Shown here one piece after another: positions 38,401 to 51,933 of a stretch of DNA of 64,000 nt. The stretch is taken from assembly GCA_905178155.1 (NCBI GenBank), contig CAJINV010000005.1, positions 5,154,667 to 5,218,666 on the forward strand, given 5' to 3'. Under the pieces are notes generated by a model. It searched no databases. It was not told the DNA's origin and saw nothing but the letters and a program-made list of their open reading frames with translations. How positions within the stretch are numbered: position 1 is the first letter of the stretch; every line of letters begins with the position of its first letter. The translations under genes were made by a program, and so were the position numbers. This DNA comes from Amoebophrya sp. A120 (taxonomy: Eukaryota > Protista > Dinoflagellata).

Positions 38401-41400
38401 CTGACTTTGATAGTGAAGAACATGATGCTGGCAAAAAAATGGGCTCAGCAGTACAAGTGCCTGTCGTCACGACCAGCTTGGAGAAGACGAAAAAAGTGAA
38501 ATTCAAGTTCTTCTACACCTGGATCAGCGCAACGAATTCAGGTACGACCAGGGAAAAGTTCTGACCGTCCTGTAGCCGTCGGTCGTCAGCAGGAAAAATT
38601 TGTGTATGCATTCTTGCAATTGTTGAACAGAACACGAGACTAACCTATGGTAGAAGTTTCTATGGATAATGCAAGCTATCGTGCTGTTCCTTCTCCTGCT
38701 AGAATGCAGAAGCTTTACCTGGTCAATACCTCGCTTGACGGATAATTTCCACGAGATTCTTCACCCCGCAACCACGCCGGCGCATCTGTTCAAAGACCCG
38801 GACATTCTTTTCCAGGATTTCCAGGCCAAAAGAGAAGTGAAAATCTTCGTGTGCGCGCCGGTCGAGGACTTTGTCAACGAGGTGCTCTCGCTCTTGCGGA
38901 ACCGCTGGCTCTTGCAGGGGTTCATCGGCTATGCACTGCAAAAATGTCTGGGTCTGGAAGGATGGAACTTGTAATGCTAATTCTGGATCGTGCAAAAATC
39001 TGTGTTGCATGAATGCCAAATGTTCTCCACTTTTGACCAAGTTGAGAGGAAGTTTCTCGTGCATGATACATAGGCATGATAGGGATCTCGTCACAGAATC
39101 CGTCATGCTAGGTCCTGCATTCCAGACGATATAGCTCATGGAAAATCTGCATGACAAGTCTCACAATCTTCCAGACCCAGACATTTTTGCATTTGATATC
39201 GGCCTGATTTTCCACGACAACTTTGATGTTGACCACAGGAGGACTTCTAGTACAACAAGTAGTCGCGATCACGAAACCAATCCTAATGGTAATGATCCGG
39301 ATCCCGGCGATGGGGAAAACCAAAACCAAAACGACGGAAGCCACGGAGAAATCCCCACTGACAGAAATTTTTTCCTCCACACCCTGCACCGGTTCCAGCA
39401 AATGTCCCTGCCGTCGCAGTTTGCCATGCTGGTGCCCCGGTGGACAAGTTTTTTGGAACACCCGGTCGAGCAAAGCATCGAGGAGATCGCGAAGAAAAGG
39501 AAAGTATCCTGTGCAAAAGTATCGTACTCGTAGTAATTATCGCAATTATGCATTGCAAATCCTTTTCTTAAGGTAAAGCCGCATAACAAATTTTATTTTT
39601 CATGCTGAGGAAATTTGTATTTGTAATGCATTTATACTTCGAGTGCGATAGTACTTTTGCAATTCATAGAAGCTGTTTTACTCCAGTGTCATGCTGGATG
39701 ACAAAACCGATACTACAACTACTTCAGGGGGCAGCACAAGTACGAGAAACCACATCCGTATCCACAGGAAATTTCCCGTACACGACGTACAAATGCGGTT
39801 TCTGCATGACAAAACTTTCGTTCAATTCTTTCTTTCAGCATGACAAGTGGTATGCTGCAAGTTGATGAAATTTGTGATGCATTTTGTGCATGTACTTACA
39901 GGAAATTTGTATTGCATGATCCGGCGGCGCATTCGCGAAGCGAGTCTCGGGCTGGGGACGACCTGCTCGCTATTCCAAGCGGCAGCGATTGCGGAGGGGG
40001 TCGTCTCCGTCGGTCTAGGGATCGAGCCGGAGCTGGTGTATCAGGCGGAAAACATCGGCCGGGACCAGTGGGACGAATATGTGCCGACGCTGCGGTCGCG
40101 AGTGGAGGTGTTGGTCACAAAGTACGTGCTATGAAATGCAAATATGTCTGGGTCTGGAAGATAGCAAGATTTGTGATGCAGTTTATCCAAGCTCCACCAA
40201 GAAGTCTGCAATGCAGGGTCTAGCATCACGGGATCTGCAGCCCCTTGGTGATGCCTGTTCTGCATGACAAATGCCCTCTCAGCATGGCCAGAAGTGGGCA
40301 CCTTTTGCAAGTCACGCAACACAGATTTTTGTACGATTCGCAACATGCATCACAAGTTCGAATCCTTCCAGACCCAGACATATTTGCAATGCATACGTGC
40401 TGGAAGGGTACCAAACGCCAGCACCGGCGAAAGAACAGGAGGATGAAAATACTCAATCCACTTCAGAGCATATGCAAGAAAAAAACTGTGTAATTGTAAA
40501 TCTGTGATGCAGAAAATGCAAAACAGTTACACTTGTCATGCCAGACAGCCATGAAGTCCTCTTTTCATGTGTGTTTTCCCTTACAAGTCACGCATGACAG
40601 GTTTTCGCTGTCATGTAGAGCAAATTTGTGATGCTGTTAGCCAAAGAAAGTTACACTTATACAGTTTTTTTCCTGGATAGAGCAAGATCTTCACGACGGG
40701 GAGATTGATGAAGAAGCATCGTCCGGAGGAACGGAAACAACAACCTCCAGCGCGGCCAAATCGCTGCTGCAAAAAATTGACGGAAGCAAGAAGGAGCACA
40801 TGTTACGATACTTCTACAACCGCTTTCTCATCTGGATGGAGTCTTTCGTGGAGGAGATCTTCTATTTGATCCACTCCTGGTATGGAAGCGTCAGGATCGA
40901 AATCGTCAAAGGGGAAATACTAGTTTGTCATGCATAAAATAGATGCCAGTTGGAGCCCACTTTCCACGTTACGGATGACAAATTTTGGCGGTGCCTAAAT
41001 CCAGTTTGTAATGCTGTTTAGGCAAAGAGGAATGATTTTCTCATGCTACTTTAGCAACTCGAGCGGTAACCACAAACACGCTTACAATCGGCCTCACTTA
41101 CCTGCTCTGCAACACACGCACCTCGCGTCATGCATTTTATGCATTACAAATTATCTCAACTTTGACGATTTCGATCCTGACACACCCACTCCTGGTCGTC
41201 GATCTACGGCAAGGCAAACTGGTTCTCGGGCTTGATTTATCAAATGTAAAAATGTCTGGGTCTGGAAGATTCTGCGACTTGTCATGCATGTCTGACGTGA
41301 CTCGAGAATCTGTAAGGCGTGGGAGCGAACCGGCTGTCCTATCTGTCATGCAAAAACGCAGTTTCTGATGCGGAATACGCAACACGTAGCCGCTCAAAAA

Positions 41401-44400
41401 TTTGTCATGCTTGGCTGCGTATTGCAGTCCGGCGATCATCCACTTTTAGCAGCATTAGACCCAGACATTTTTGCATTTGATATGATTCAGTTGGAAGAAG
41501 GCCGGCGACTGGTTCGCGCGTTGTCGATATGAACTGCAAAAGTATCGTACTCGTATAAACTCGTTACAAGTTTCCTCCGCGTGAGAAATAAAATTTGTTA
41601 TGCGGATTTACGATAAGAAAAGCAAGACTTGCATTTATACGAGTGCGATACCTTTGCAGTGGATAGTCGATTATCCAGCGGGCGCTGACGAAGGAGTTTT
41701 TCTGCAAGCGGTACGAAGTATCACACAGAAAAAAGCCGGCAGGTCAACATTTGTAATGCAAAAATAGATACACAATTAGATCACGAAAAAATCTGTATTG
41801 CGTTGTATCCTAAACAGCACGCTATGGGGCCGCGCATGACAGATTTTTCTGCGTCTTTATTTTTGCATTACAAATGTGCCCTGCCAGCTTTTTTCTCTGG
41901 GATGCGAAAAGTCTGCTGTCGCGTTTCAGGGCGAGTGGACCACGGTGGAGATATCCTGTGCAAAAGTATCGTACTCGTATCAATGCAAGTCTTGCATTAC
42001 AAATTTTCTTCCCAAGGTAAATCCGCATGACAAATTTTATTTCTCATGCTGAGGGAATTTGTAATGCATTTATACGAGTGCGATACTTTATTTGCAATGC
42101 ATAAGAGATGGCCCAGGTGGATGTGGTATAAAATGCAAATATGTCTGGGTCTGGAAACCTGTGATGCTGAATTGAGCATGATTGAAGCGCTTGCAACGGC
42201 AGACAAGCATGACAAGTTTTTGACACACTTGCTAATGGTGCCTGGCACGCATTAGAAGTCGCTTTTTTGCATGACAAAGGAAGCTCCTCTTTTGCTGCTC
42301 ATGCAACACAGATTTTCCAGAAATGCAACACACGCATTACAAGTTCCACTTTTCCCGACCCAGACATATTTGCACTTCATATGTGGTATATTGGGCGGTG
42401 TTCGGTCCCCGGCGTAGTCCTAGTCGCGTCACACCTGCTTCAGCTTCTGTAGGAACTACTCCATCCTTTCATCAGAGCGCTTCTGAAACCGTGGAGCACG
42501 ACGACGGGGGCAAAACCAAAAATGCAGGCTCCGCATCAACATCCTTTCTCACTTCCTTCCCCACAGCGGCCGCCATCCCGAAACTGCTTGAGCAGCTGGA
42601 GCTGCAGGAAAAGCGGCAAAACCCCTTTTACTTCAACATGCGCAAGGAGCTGGAGCGGTTTAAAAAACAAGAAGAAAGCACTAGGCGGACAACAACTACA
42701 AGAACTCTACGCATTGCAAAAGTGTCTGGGTCTGGAAGAGTTTCAGGTTTGTCATGCAGGTTTTCCATGACCCATGAGGGCTGGAGTGCAGGCCCTAGCA
42801 TGGCAGATTCAGTAAGATCTCTGGCATGCCTGTTCTGCATCAGAAACTCCCTCTCAGTTTGGTCAAAAGTGGACAACTTTTGGCAGTCATGCAACACAGA
42901 TTTTTGCGTCATCCAGACTTAGCATGACAAGTTGCAACCTTCCAGACCCAGACGTATTTGCAATGCATAATCTCCTATCGTGTACAAGAAGTTCGCTTTT
43001 CTCACCGTGCTCTGGTCAAATTCTCCGAAGATCTACATCGACGCCGTCCTATCCTGTGCAAAAGTATCGTATTCGTATCTATAAATGCAAGTCGTGCATT
43101 ACAAAACTTTGTCTTACGGGAAATCCGCATTACAAATTTTCTCTCTCATGCTGAAGAAATTTGTAATGCATTTATACGAGTACGATACTTTTGCAGTTCA
43201 TACGTCCGGACGCTAGCCCACTCGGCGTACCGGTTGCACGACAGAAGGTACCGATTTCTGGTGATCGTGCCCCCGGCGGATGAGACGAAGAAAAGAGAGG
43301 CATCAAAAGGAAAAATCCCCCCTCCCCATATCGAAAAGGACATTTGTGATGCTGGATTTGCGTACACAAATCAGATTTGTCTTGTAGTGAAGGACTGCAG
43401 GCCCATGGCAATCCGGCGTGGAGAAGTTTTGGCCTAGGCGCTCAGCATGACAAAAGTCCATGCTGTAGGCCCAACAGCATCACAAACCGCCCGCATAATG
43501 CGGGAGGCCTTCTGAGTTTGCCTTCTTGCAAGACAGACACGACTTGTGACCACAAATCAGCATCACAAATCTCCAATAGTATACCTTTTCAGTGTAGGGA
43601 GGGGGAATTTTTCCTTACGATAAGAGGACGATACGGCTAAAAGCGAGTCGACGTCCGCCGCAGCTGCGTCGGCTCCCGCTGAAGACAGCAGCAACAAGGA
43701 AGCAAACGCTGAACATCAAGACCCAGCAGCAGACTCAACATCTGGCTATGAGAGTTGTGCACAACTCCCCCTCCCCCTCATTTGTATGGCATGAACAGCA
43801 ATACAAACAGCAGCACACATGGAGCCTGTGCATGACAAGTTTACTTCTTACCTGGGTAGTGTTGTAGTACAACTATTTGGGCTCCTTCCGGAATTTGTCA
43901 TGCAAACAGTGCCACAAGGCACCGACGGGATTTGGGATTTTGCATGACAAATGAGGGGGACAGGGAGTTGTGCACTGTCAAACTGGCGGTAGTAGTTCAA
44001 GTTCTATCGACACCGCATACCTGCTTCGCGAACCGAATTTCAATTTGGAAATCTACCCGGTTTCGGAATCCATGGTCGCACCGCCGAACTACGGAGGCGG
44101 AAAGTCTTCCTGGTCTTGGTTCAAAGAGAGGAACATCGCGAAGTCGGCCATCGGGTTTTACATGTGGAACATGACCGAGTTCGATGCGCTGGTGTATCTG
44201 GATGCAGACACACTGCTTATCAAAATGAAAAATCCCCCCTCCTCATACTTGAAGGAAGATTTGTGTAGCATGATTTGTGATCACAACAGACGCTGTCATG
44301 CTAGAAGGGAAGAGATGCGGAGTTTTGTAGGGCTGGCTGGCGTTGGTGTTGGAAAGCCTTGCGGCTTCAGCATGACAGGAAGCAAGTGGAAACGGGAAAC

Positions 44401-47400
44401 AGCATGACAAGTTCCCTGCAAACTACGAGGGCGGAGCAACTACTGCGTCTCTTGATGGCCTTCTAGCAATACAAGACGACTTGTGTACTGGAACACTGCA
44501 AGACAAATTTTGTTGTCGATACGGGGAGCGGGGGGGATGTTTCTTCGCAATACTGCTGGTGGAACCGATCGACGAGTTGTTTACTCTCGTGACGTATCCT
44601 CTGCAAAAGTATCGTACTCGTAGTAATCGCATTTATGCATTACAAATCTAGTTCCTAAGGAAAATCCGCATTACAAATTCAACTTGTAATGCTGAGCCAA
44701 TTTGTATTGCAATCTATACTAGTACGATGCTTTTGCAATTCATATGACGGACAGCAACGGACGGGGCCCGGAGGACTATGAGATAAATCAGGGAACAAGC
44801 ACCAAGAAGAGTGCAACAGCTGAAATAAATTCTTCTCCATCTTCATCTACTACCACGAGCGGAAAGCCGTCCTTTGCTGTGGCGACCAATCTGATGGCGC
44901 GGTTCTCTACTGGCGGGTATCAAGTGCAAATGTGTCTGAATCTGGAAGAGTCATGCTGCTTTTGCATGACACAGAAGGTCTGGCATGGAAGCTCTAGCAT
45001 CACAGGTTTTACTTCGCATGGCAAATGCCCCACTTTGGTGGCAAAAAGCGGGCAACTTATGCTGCCTATGCATGAGAGATTTTTATGTGTTGCGAAATGC
45101 GCGTCACAAGTTTATTGCACTCTTCCAGACATCCAGGGATATTTGCAATGCATAGCGGGTTGACCAACCCACGGGGGAATTTCGAGAACAACGTTCGCTC
45201 GCTTTGGTTTCCGTACATCAACATTGCGTGTATGGTGGTACGCCCGGACACGGAGGTTTTTCAGCACATGATGAAGGTCATGCGGTTATCATGTGTAAAA
45301 ACGTCGTCTCCTCCCAACACGACTAGTTATATGCAAATCTGGATGCCTAAAATAAATGTTTCTCTTGCTCAACCCCATGAGGAGAGTTCTCTCCTGCTGT
45401 CTGGGACTTTGTCAACATGCTCCCATCAGTATAGGGACCTAGATTTGTGATGCGGTTCCACTAGCCAACCACGACTACACTAAAAAGAGAACTTGTCATG
45501 CGCAAGAACAGCCGAGCCTGGTTGAGTTGTGTTGCCGAGTTCCTAACGAAGTTGACTCTGGGGCGGGGACGTTGATGTTACACAGTATAGCGGGAACGGG
45601 AGTCCGAGCTGGACGTCATACCGCAAGAACCTGCTGCTCCCGCCGCCACTTCAGTAGAAGTTCTCTCGTCCTCCTCGTCGGCCACCGCAGAAGCCGCAGC
45701 AGTGTCGGCTGCGGGGGCTCTAGAGGAGAACATCAAAGCTGATAATGCTTCTAGTCCTGCTCTTGTCAGCAGCACTAGCCCACCAACGACCCCCACCACT
45801 GCAGAGCATGTTTTTAATGTTGACACCACAGCAACACCTTCCCCATGGTCCTCCTCCTCGTCCCAGCAAAGCCAAAGCAACCTGGGGCAGTTTTTCGAGA
45901 AGGGTATTCATCAACCGTGGCTGGATCACTATCTGATGAAATTTTCTGTGCGAGCTGGGTATGCGGGTTGGGAGAGGCGCCACACTGGCGAGGGGAAGAC
46001 GAGCATAATGGAAACGAGCGGTGGAGCGTGGACAAGATCCTCAGCGAGGAGAGCTACAGCGAGCACATCGGATGATCACGTCGAAGAAGTAAAGCACTCA
46101 ATCTCAAGTAGAAGAAGTACCACTTCTAGTGTCGTAAAAAAAGAAAATCAAAATGAACCTTTCACCCCCGTCTCCAAACTTTCGTTCGCCGGGTGCGAAA
46201 AGGACTTCCACGCCGAATATTTTTTGTCCGAATGGCTCCAGAAGCAGAAACGACTGCACGCGACGACAGCAGCCGCGACGCCCCAGCAGGGTACTACAAA
46301 AACTTCTGAGGCACCAGCAAGAATAGATTCTTGGCCGCATGACGTCGACCTCCAGCAGAGATCTTCCAAGATAAATCGCACCAGCATGATATCCTGAGTA
46401 AAAACGTCCCCACACCATAGTCAAGTTGGGGAATCGGCTAGACAAATCCAGAAGTTTTGGCTGTTTTGCATGACAAATTTGGATTCGTAGTGTAGTGCTG
46501 TTTGAGCTAGCTTAGCAGCATCACAGATCTAGCATACCATGCTGGTTGGAGCATGACAAATTGCAAAACACGAGTGGAAATTTTCTCATGGGGCTCCGCA
46601 TGAGAAACATTTTCAGCATGCAGATTGGCATTACAACTATGGGGTGGGGACGTTTTTAAATAGGATACATGATGGTGTTTTCCACGCAGCACGGCCACCG
46701 GACGGTGAAAAGTCTACCGAAGACGGGGAAAGCAAACGACTGGCATATTACAATGAAAAATGCCCCCACCCCTGAACGTGGCAGCATTTGTATTGCAATC
46801 CTTTCATCCAGTAGAAACATTGTCCGTCTTGCATATATCAGCATCACAAATTTGCCATGCTGAATGGCTCAAATTTGTGTTGCGCAAGAGCCCAGCAGCA
46901 GCCTGGCCTGTCATGCAAAAGATGCCGTAACCGCCTAGACTCTGCAACAGAAAGATTCATACTCCTTTCATGCATGACAAAAAGTTTTCATTTGGAAACT
47001 TCGCATCGCAAATTTTTACAACTTTGGGGGTGGGGGCATTTTTCCTCGCGATATGGCAAGTCCGCGTTTTGCAGGAGGATCTGAAGAAAGAAGATATCAA
47101 CCGCTGGGCGCGATTCAAATGGGTCACCGCCAGCTCTAGCGAGTACTACGACTCGGATTATCAAATGCAAACAGAAACATGTCTGGGTCTTGGAGGTTGC
47201 AAGACTTGTCATGCAGGTTTAAGTATTTCCATGACGCATGTTGACGTCTGTCATACATGTATGATCTAGCATGACAGGTTCTGTGCGACCTGTCTCGTGC
47301 CTCGCCTGCATCAGAAAGCGCCTCCCGGTTTGGTCAAAAGTGGACAGCTTTTGGTAATCATGCAACACAAGTTCCAGCGTTCCAGACCCAGAGATCTTTG

Positions 47401-50400
47401 CAATGCATACGGACTTCGAGTTCACAACGAGCGACGGCATGTATGACAGTGCACAACTCCCCCTCCCCCTCATTTGCATGGCATGAGCAGCAATACAAAC
47501 ACCAGCGCACATGGAGCCTATGCATGACAAATCCATGTACCTAAATGTAGTACTGTTTTGGCTTCCAGAATTTGTCATGCAAGCAGTGCTACAAGGCAGC
47601 AGCTGGATTTGGGATTTTGCATGACAAATGAGGGGAAGGAGTTGTGCACTCCCATAGCATGACCACCAGGTTCCACCTGCACGAGCTCTACCAGATGCTG
47701 GGAGGGCTGGATATGCATTGCAAAAGTATCGTACTCGTATAAATGCATTACAAATCTCCTTAGCATGGGAAATAAAATTTGTAATGCGGATTTGACTTGA
47801 CAAGAAAATTTGTAATGCATGACTGCAATACGAGTACGATGCTTTTGCACAGGATACTGGACGTTGGGAAACAAAGATTGAAAGAGGCGACCACACTCGT
47901 GGTGCAAGGGGTAAAATTGAATATTATCCCACAAGAAAAGTGTTTCACTGTGATGATTGTGCAAGATCTGCATCACAAGTTTCTTGCACATGACACAGAA
48001 AATTTGCCATGCGCGCTTCCAAAGGGAAAACACCGTTAAAGAGACAAGGTCTTGCAGGTTTAGCAAGACAAATAGTTCTGTGTTGCATTCTATGCATCAC
48101 AAGTTCACAGTGAAACAGTTTTTTCTTGCGATAAATATTTCGGGAAGTGTACTGCTCCCGCCGCCACATGATCTTCAGTATCAAATGCAAATATGTCTGG
48201 GTCTGGAAGATTCCGTGATTTGTCATGCTAGTCTGGCATGACTCTGAGCTCTGTATTGCGTGGCCGCGAATAGCTCCTGCAGCTCCCTGTCATGCAAAAA
48301 CGCAGTTTCTCATGCGGAATACGCAACTCAGAAACATGAAAAAAACCTGTCATGCTTGGGAGCGCATTGCAGTGAGCTCACTATTCCCTTCCTTGCATCA
48401 CAAGTTTCCAGACCCAGACATATTTGCAATGCATATTCAGAGGATTACATCAACAGATCCGCTGGACAAAGTGGACTTGAAGTCCATCGTATCACACAAA
48501 AAAAAGGATTACGTTTGTTTGCAATTTAGCAACACAAAGGTGAAGGTCTCTGCATGGGAGAGAAAACCTGTATTGCGGAAATCCTACGGGAATACACGTA
48601 CACAGCTTCTATGCATATCCGGCATGACAGGGCCTGTCTGTCTTGCTATGCCTGCAACATCACAATGTGTAACTGTAACACTTTTTTCTTGTTGGGATAC
48701 ATCAATCCGAACCTCGTGGCGTTCCATCGCCGCTACAAGATATGCCTTGCAAATATGTCTGGGTCTGGAAACCTGTGATGCTGAATGGTCATGAGTGAGC
48801 GCGGCTTTAAGTGCAGCGACGCATGACAAATTTCTCGAACGCTTTCTAATGCGTAGTGCGCATTACAAACTGCGATTTTGCATCACGAAAGAGTTGTGGC
48901 GCTTTTGCTGCTTATGCGCAACACAGATTTTTCACGAATGCAAGGCACGCAATACAGGTTCAACCTTTCCAGACCCAGACAACATATTTGCATTTGATAC
49001 AAGAAAGCTGACTACCACTGCTTGCTCGATTATGGCGGTGTCAGGATCGAAATCGACTTCGACAAAATCGAAAAATTTGTGATGCATAAAATGTAGGGCG
49101 CGTATGGCCTGTGTTGGGAAGCAGGCAAATGAGACCGATTGTAAGCCTGTTGAGGGGTATCCAATGTGCTGCCAGGGTAGCATGACAGGAGCTACCTGCT
49201 TTGCCCAAACAGCATGACCGGCTTGATTTGGGTGCTCGCGAAATTTGTCATGCGCCACTTGGAAACTGAGGCTCCAGCTGACAGCGATTTTGTGCATCAC
49301 AAGTTGTTCGATTTTGTCAATTTCGATTCTGACGCCTCCATATCGACCACGCTTACAATTTTCAAGTGGAGGTAAAAACCGCGATGCAAGTTTTGGACCA
49401 AGCGGTGGAACCCTGGGGCCATTTGTCTTCCTGGGCGCGCAGCAACAGCGAAAAGGCAGAGGAGAATGTGATGAAAGGTGAGAATGGAGGTGGTGCAGAA
49501 GTAGTAGAGACAACGACAAGTGTAGTAAACGCGGAAGAAGCAGCTACTGTTGCAGCTACACCAACTGCACCAAATGACGTAGCGGAGCCAGCGCCGCAAG
49601 AGACCAGTAGTACACAGGAGGGGGTCCCCGTGCGGGAAGAAGATGCTCTTCAGGCAGGTGGAACATCTTCAACACCAGCGAAAATAACCTCTAGCACAAC
49701 TTCCACGATAGCTCCTTCTAGTAGCGCTCCAACGAGTAGAACAGGTTTTTCCCTTGAGCAGGTGCGGCGAAAGCGTCTGGTGAGGGAGCTCTTAGCTGTA
49801 CCTGAAACAACAAGAAATATAGTACCAAAAGATGATCATGAGTCAAAAAGAGGCACAGGAGAACCATCAACGACGACGAGCATCAACTTGGCAAGGCTGT
49901 CTTCCCTACTGCAATATGAATTGCAAAAGTACTTTTATCGTACTCGTATAAATGCATGACAAATTCCCTCAGTGTGAGAAACAAAATCTGTAATGCGGAT
50001 TGACCTTGAGAGAAAAATTTGTATATGCATGACTGCAATTACTACGAGTACGACTGCGAGTGCGATACTCTTGCACAGGATATGCAACTCAATGAGATCG
50101 ATGCAGTGGAGGAACTTTCCGCGAAGCAGCAGGACCTGGTATCAAGGTGAAAAAATCCCCCACCCCATATCAAAAAGGAAATCTGTGATGCGGGATTTGT
50201 GTAAACAAATCACATTTGTCTTGCAGAAAAGCACTGCACGCAGAGCGCAAGCCTAAGGGGGGGCCTTTTGGTGTAGGGGCCTAGCATGGCAGACGTATGC
50301 CCTGCAGGCCTTGCAGCATTACAAATCGCCTGCATATCGCGGCGGACTCTCTGGATTTGCCTTCTGGCAAGACAGACAGGCTCTGTGGTCCCAAATCTGC

Positions 50401-51121
50401 ATCACAAATCTTCGGAAGTACATGTTTTCCATATGGGGAGGGGGGATTTTTCCTTACGATACCTGGGGCCGGGGTTTGAGAATCGGCTCTTCGATCGCAT
50501 TCGCCAGCTGTACAGGTTGCAGAGAATCAACAACGAAGTCAACAGCGCGAGGACTTCCGTTAGTGAAGATGGACGAGGTGGTCTGACACATTATGGCGCA
50601 TCAAGATTAGACCACCCGCGATCTGATGATGTCATGCAGGGCGAGGCACCAGACAATCCTTCTGTGAGGATGCAGACTGAGAAGCAAGATGATTACAACG
50701 ACATCATGAAATATGGAAAGAAATCAGTTTGTCACAGTCACTAACGTGCAGGCTTTGCATGAGAAATTTTTCCAGCATCACAGGTTTTTTCTTGTATTGC
50801 AGAAACACTAGGGAAATCCCTCATGAAGTTCGGCTGTGATGCATTTTTACGCATGGCAGACAGTTTTGTATTGCAAAAATGCGCATGAGTGATCGTGACG
50901 AACTTTTTTTGTTTGATATGAAAGAACCTGCTCCAATAAAGCCCAAACTTCTCCACTGGGCCGGGGAAAACCGGAAGCCCTGGGAGCGTGTGCATTTCTA
51001 CAGTCGGAATGAGTTCGATAAGTTGTGGTGGCTCGAGTACGAGGTAATGATGTCCTACAGCAGCGGTTCTGGAGCTCATTCTCACGCTCGACCAATAAGG
51101 TGCGAAGTCGACGACACGTGA
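35471..51121 (+). CDS. Large glycosyltransferase family 8 (glycogenin-like) protein; about 39 introners and one GT-AG intron (38542-38702)
   Basis: A continuous frame after removing elements contains GT8 motifs in order: KFAFLTVLW...YIDAVRTLAHS...FLVIV (~42990-43270), MWNMTEFDALVYLDADTLLVEPIDELF (DxD, ~44160-44585), YINIACMVVRPDTEVF (~45210-45260), CLLDHAYN (~49020-49360), KPKLLHWAGENRKPW...LWW (~50940-51030). Confidence 0.85.
39759..39918. mobile_element. Singleton introner
   Basis: TSD ATCCG, imperfect TIR, internal GCATGACAA/TTGTGATGC motifs; removal restores the frame (NHIR|RRIRE). Confidence 0.75.
41719..41904. mobile_element. Singleton introner
   Basis: TIR TATCACACAGAAAAAAGCCGGCAGG / CCTGCCAGCTTTTTTCTCTGGGATG; TSD CGAAG/CGAAA; frame restored. 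Confidence 0.75.
46390..46667. mobile_element. Introner family C (type copy; ~280-350 bp; TIR TATCCTGAGTAAAAACGTCCCCACCCC)
   Basis: TSD CATGA. Other copies: 4569-4868, 9544-9829 (+array copies), 21405-21683, 23284-23564, 24383-24681, 28131-28426, 31033-31321, 45287-45589, 62938-63285. Confidence 0.93.
46746..47053. mobile_element. Introner family I (type copy; ~310-350 bp; TIR TATTRCAATGAAAAATGCCCCCACCCC)
   Basis: TSD TGGCA. Second copy at 30425-30773. Confidence 0.85.
47442..47656. mobile_element. Introner family E (type copy; ~215-235 bp; TIR TATGACAGTGCACAACTCCCCCTC)
   Basis: TSD GCATG. Other copies: 9876-10092 (+array copies), 23611-23842, 29833-30065, 43747-43982. Confidence 0.92.
50140..50461. 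mobile_element. Introner family H (type copy; ~320-335 bp; TIR TATCNNANGGAAAAATCCCCCCTCCCCATAT)
   Basis: TSD CCTGG. Other copies: 29207-29526, 37466-37786, 43301-43622, 44218-44552. Confidence 0.9.
50712..50918. mobile_element. Singleton introner
   Basis: TAT...ATA ends, TSD TGAAA, shared 9-mer motifs; frame restored (DIMK|EPAPIKPKLLHW). Confidence 0.8.
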
Positions 51122-51933
51122 CATGCTGAAGCTGATTATCCTGCTCGTCTCGCGTAAAGGACCACGACGTGCAACATCATCTTCACACAAGTATAAAAAA
51201 GCGCTAGCAATAAAGCTGCCTGTGGAAACTCCTGCGAGAGAATTTTTGCACAGGAGCAACGAGCACTCCTCGCGATAAGAATCCACCTACGTTTTAAGTA
51301 CAAAAATCAATGCGCTGCAGTACTGAACGCACTACCAGCGCATTCGTCATTCTGTGCATCAGACGGACATACAAATATTAGAGTTCCCTGCTTCTGTCGC
51401 AAGCAGTGCTTCTGTCCGAAGCAGGGCTGTACAAGTGAAGTTTTAGACCTGTCGTCGGTCGAGTGATAAGATGAGTCGGTCGAAATACGTTCACACAATG
51501 TCAATCTCGTCCTAAATGTCACGCGAACTACTTTCGGTAAAAAATACTAGTTTTCATCATACAGATGAGGAACCGTCGGAAATAAATCAAGGACTTTTAA
51601 TATTCGTACAAGAAGTAGACCTTGAGTAGTAGACTAGACAGAGACAGTGGTCTGAACCGACCCCAGCAAAGGTTGTTGTGCTCGGTTGTCGTGTGGAAAG
51701 TAAAAGAACTTCGGTGCCCTGGTGGATGTGCTCGGTTTTCGTCCGTGTTTGCTGGAAAGGAGTCCGTTACGTTTAAAGTAAAAGCATCGCAGCGCTCGGT
51801 CGTCGTGTGGTAAAAAATGCTTCGGTGTAAAAAGAATTACAAAGGTCAAAGCGTTATTTGCTTTGCTAAAATTCTTGCATTCGTCTCTGTATCTTTACTT
51901 CGGTGCAGTACTAGACTTTGCAAGTAGAAGAAC

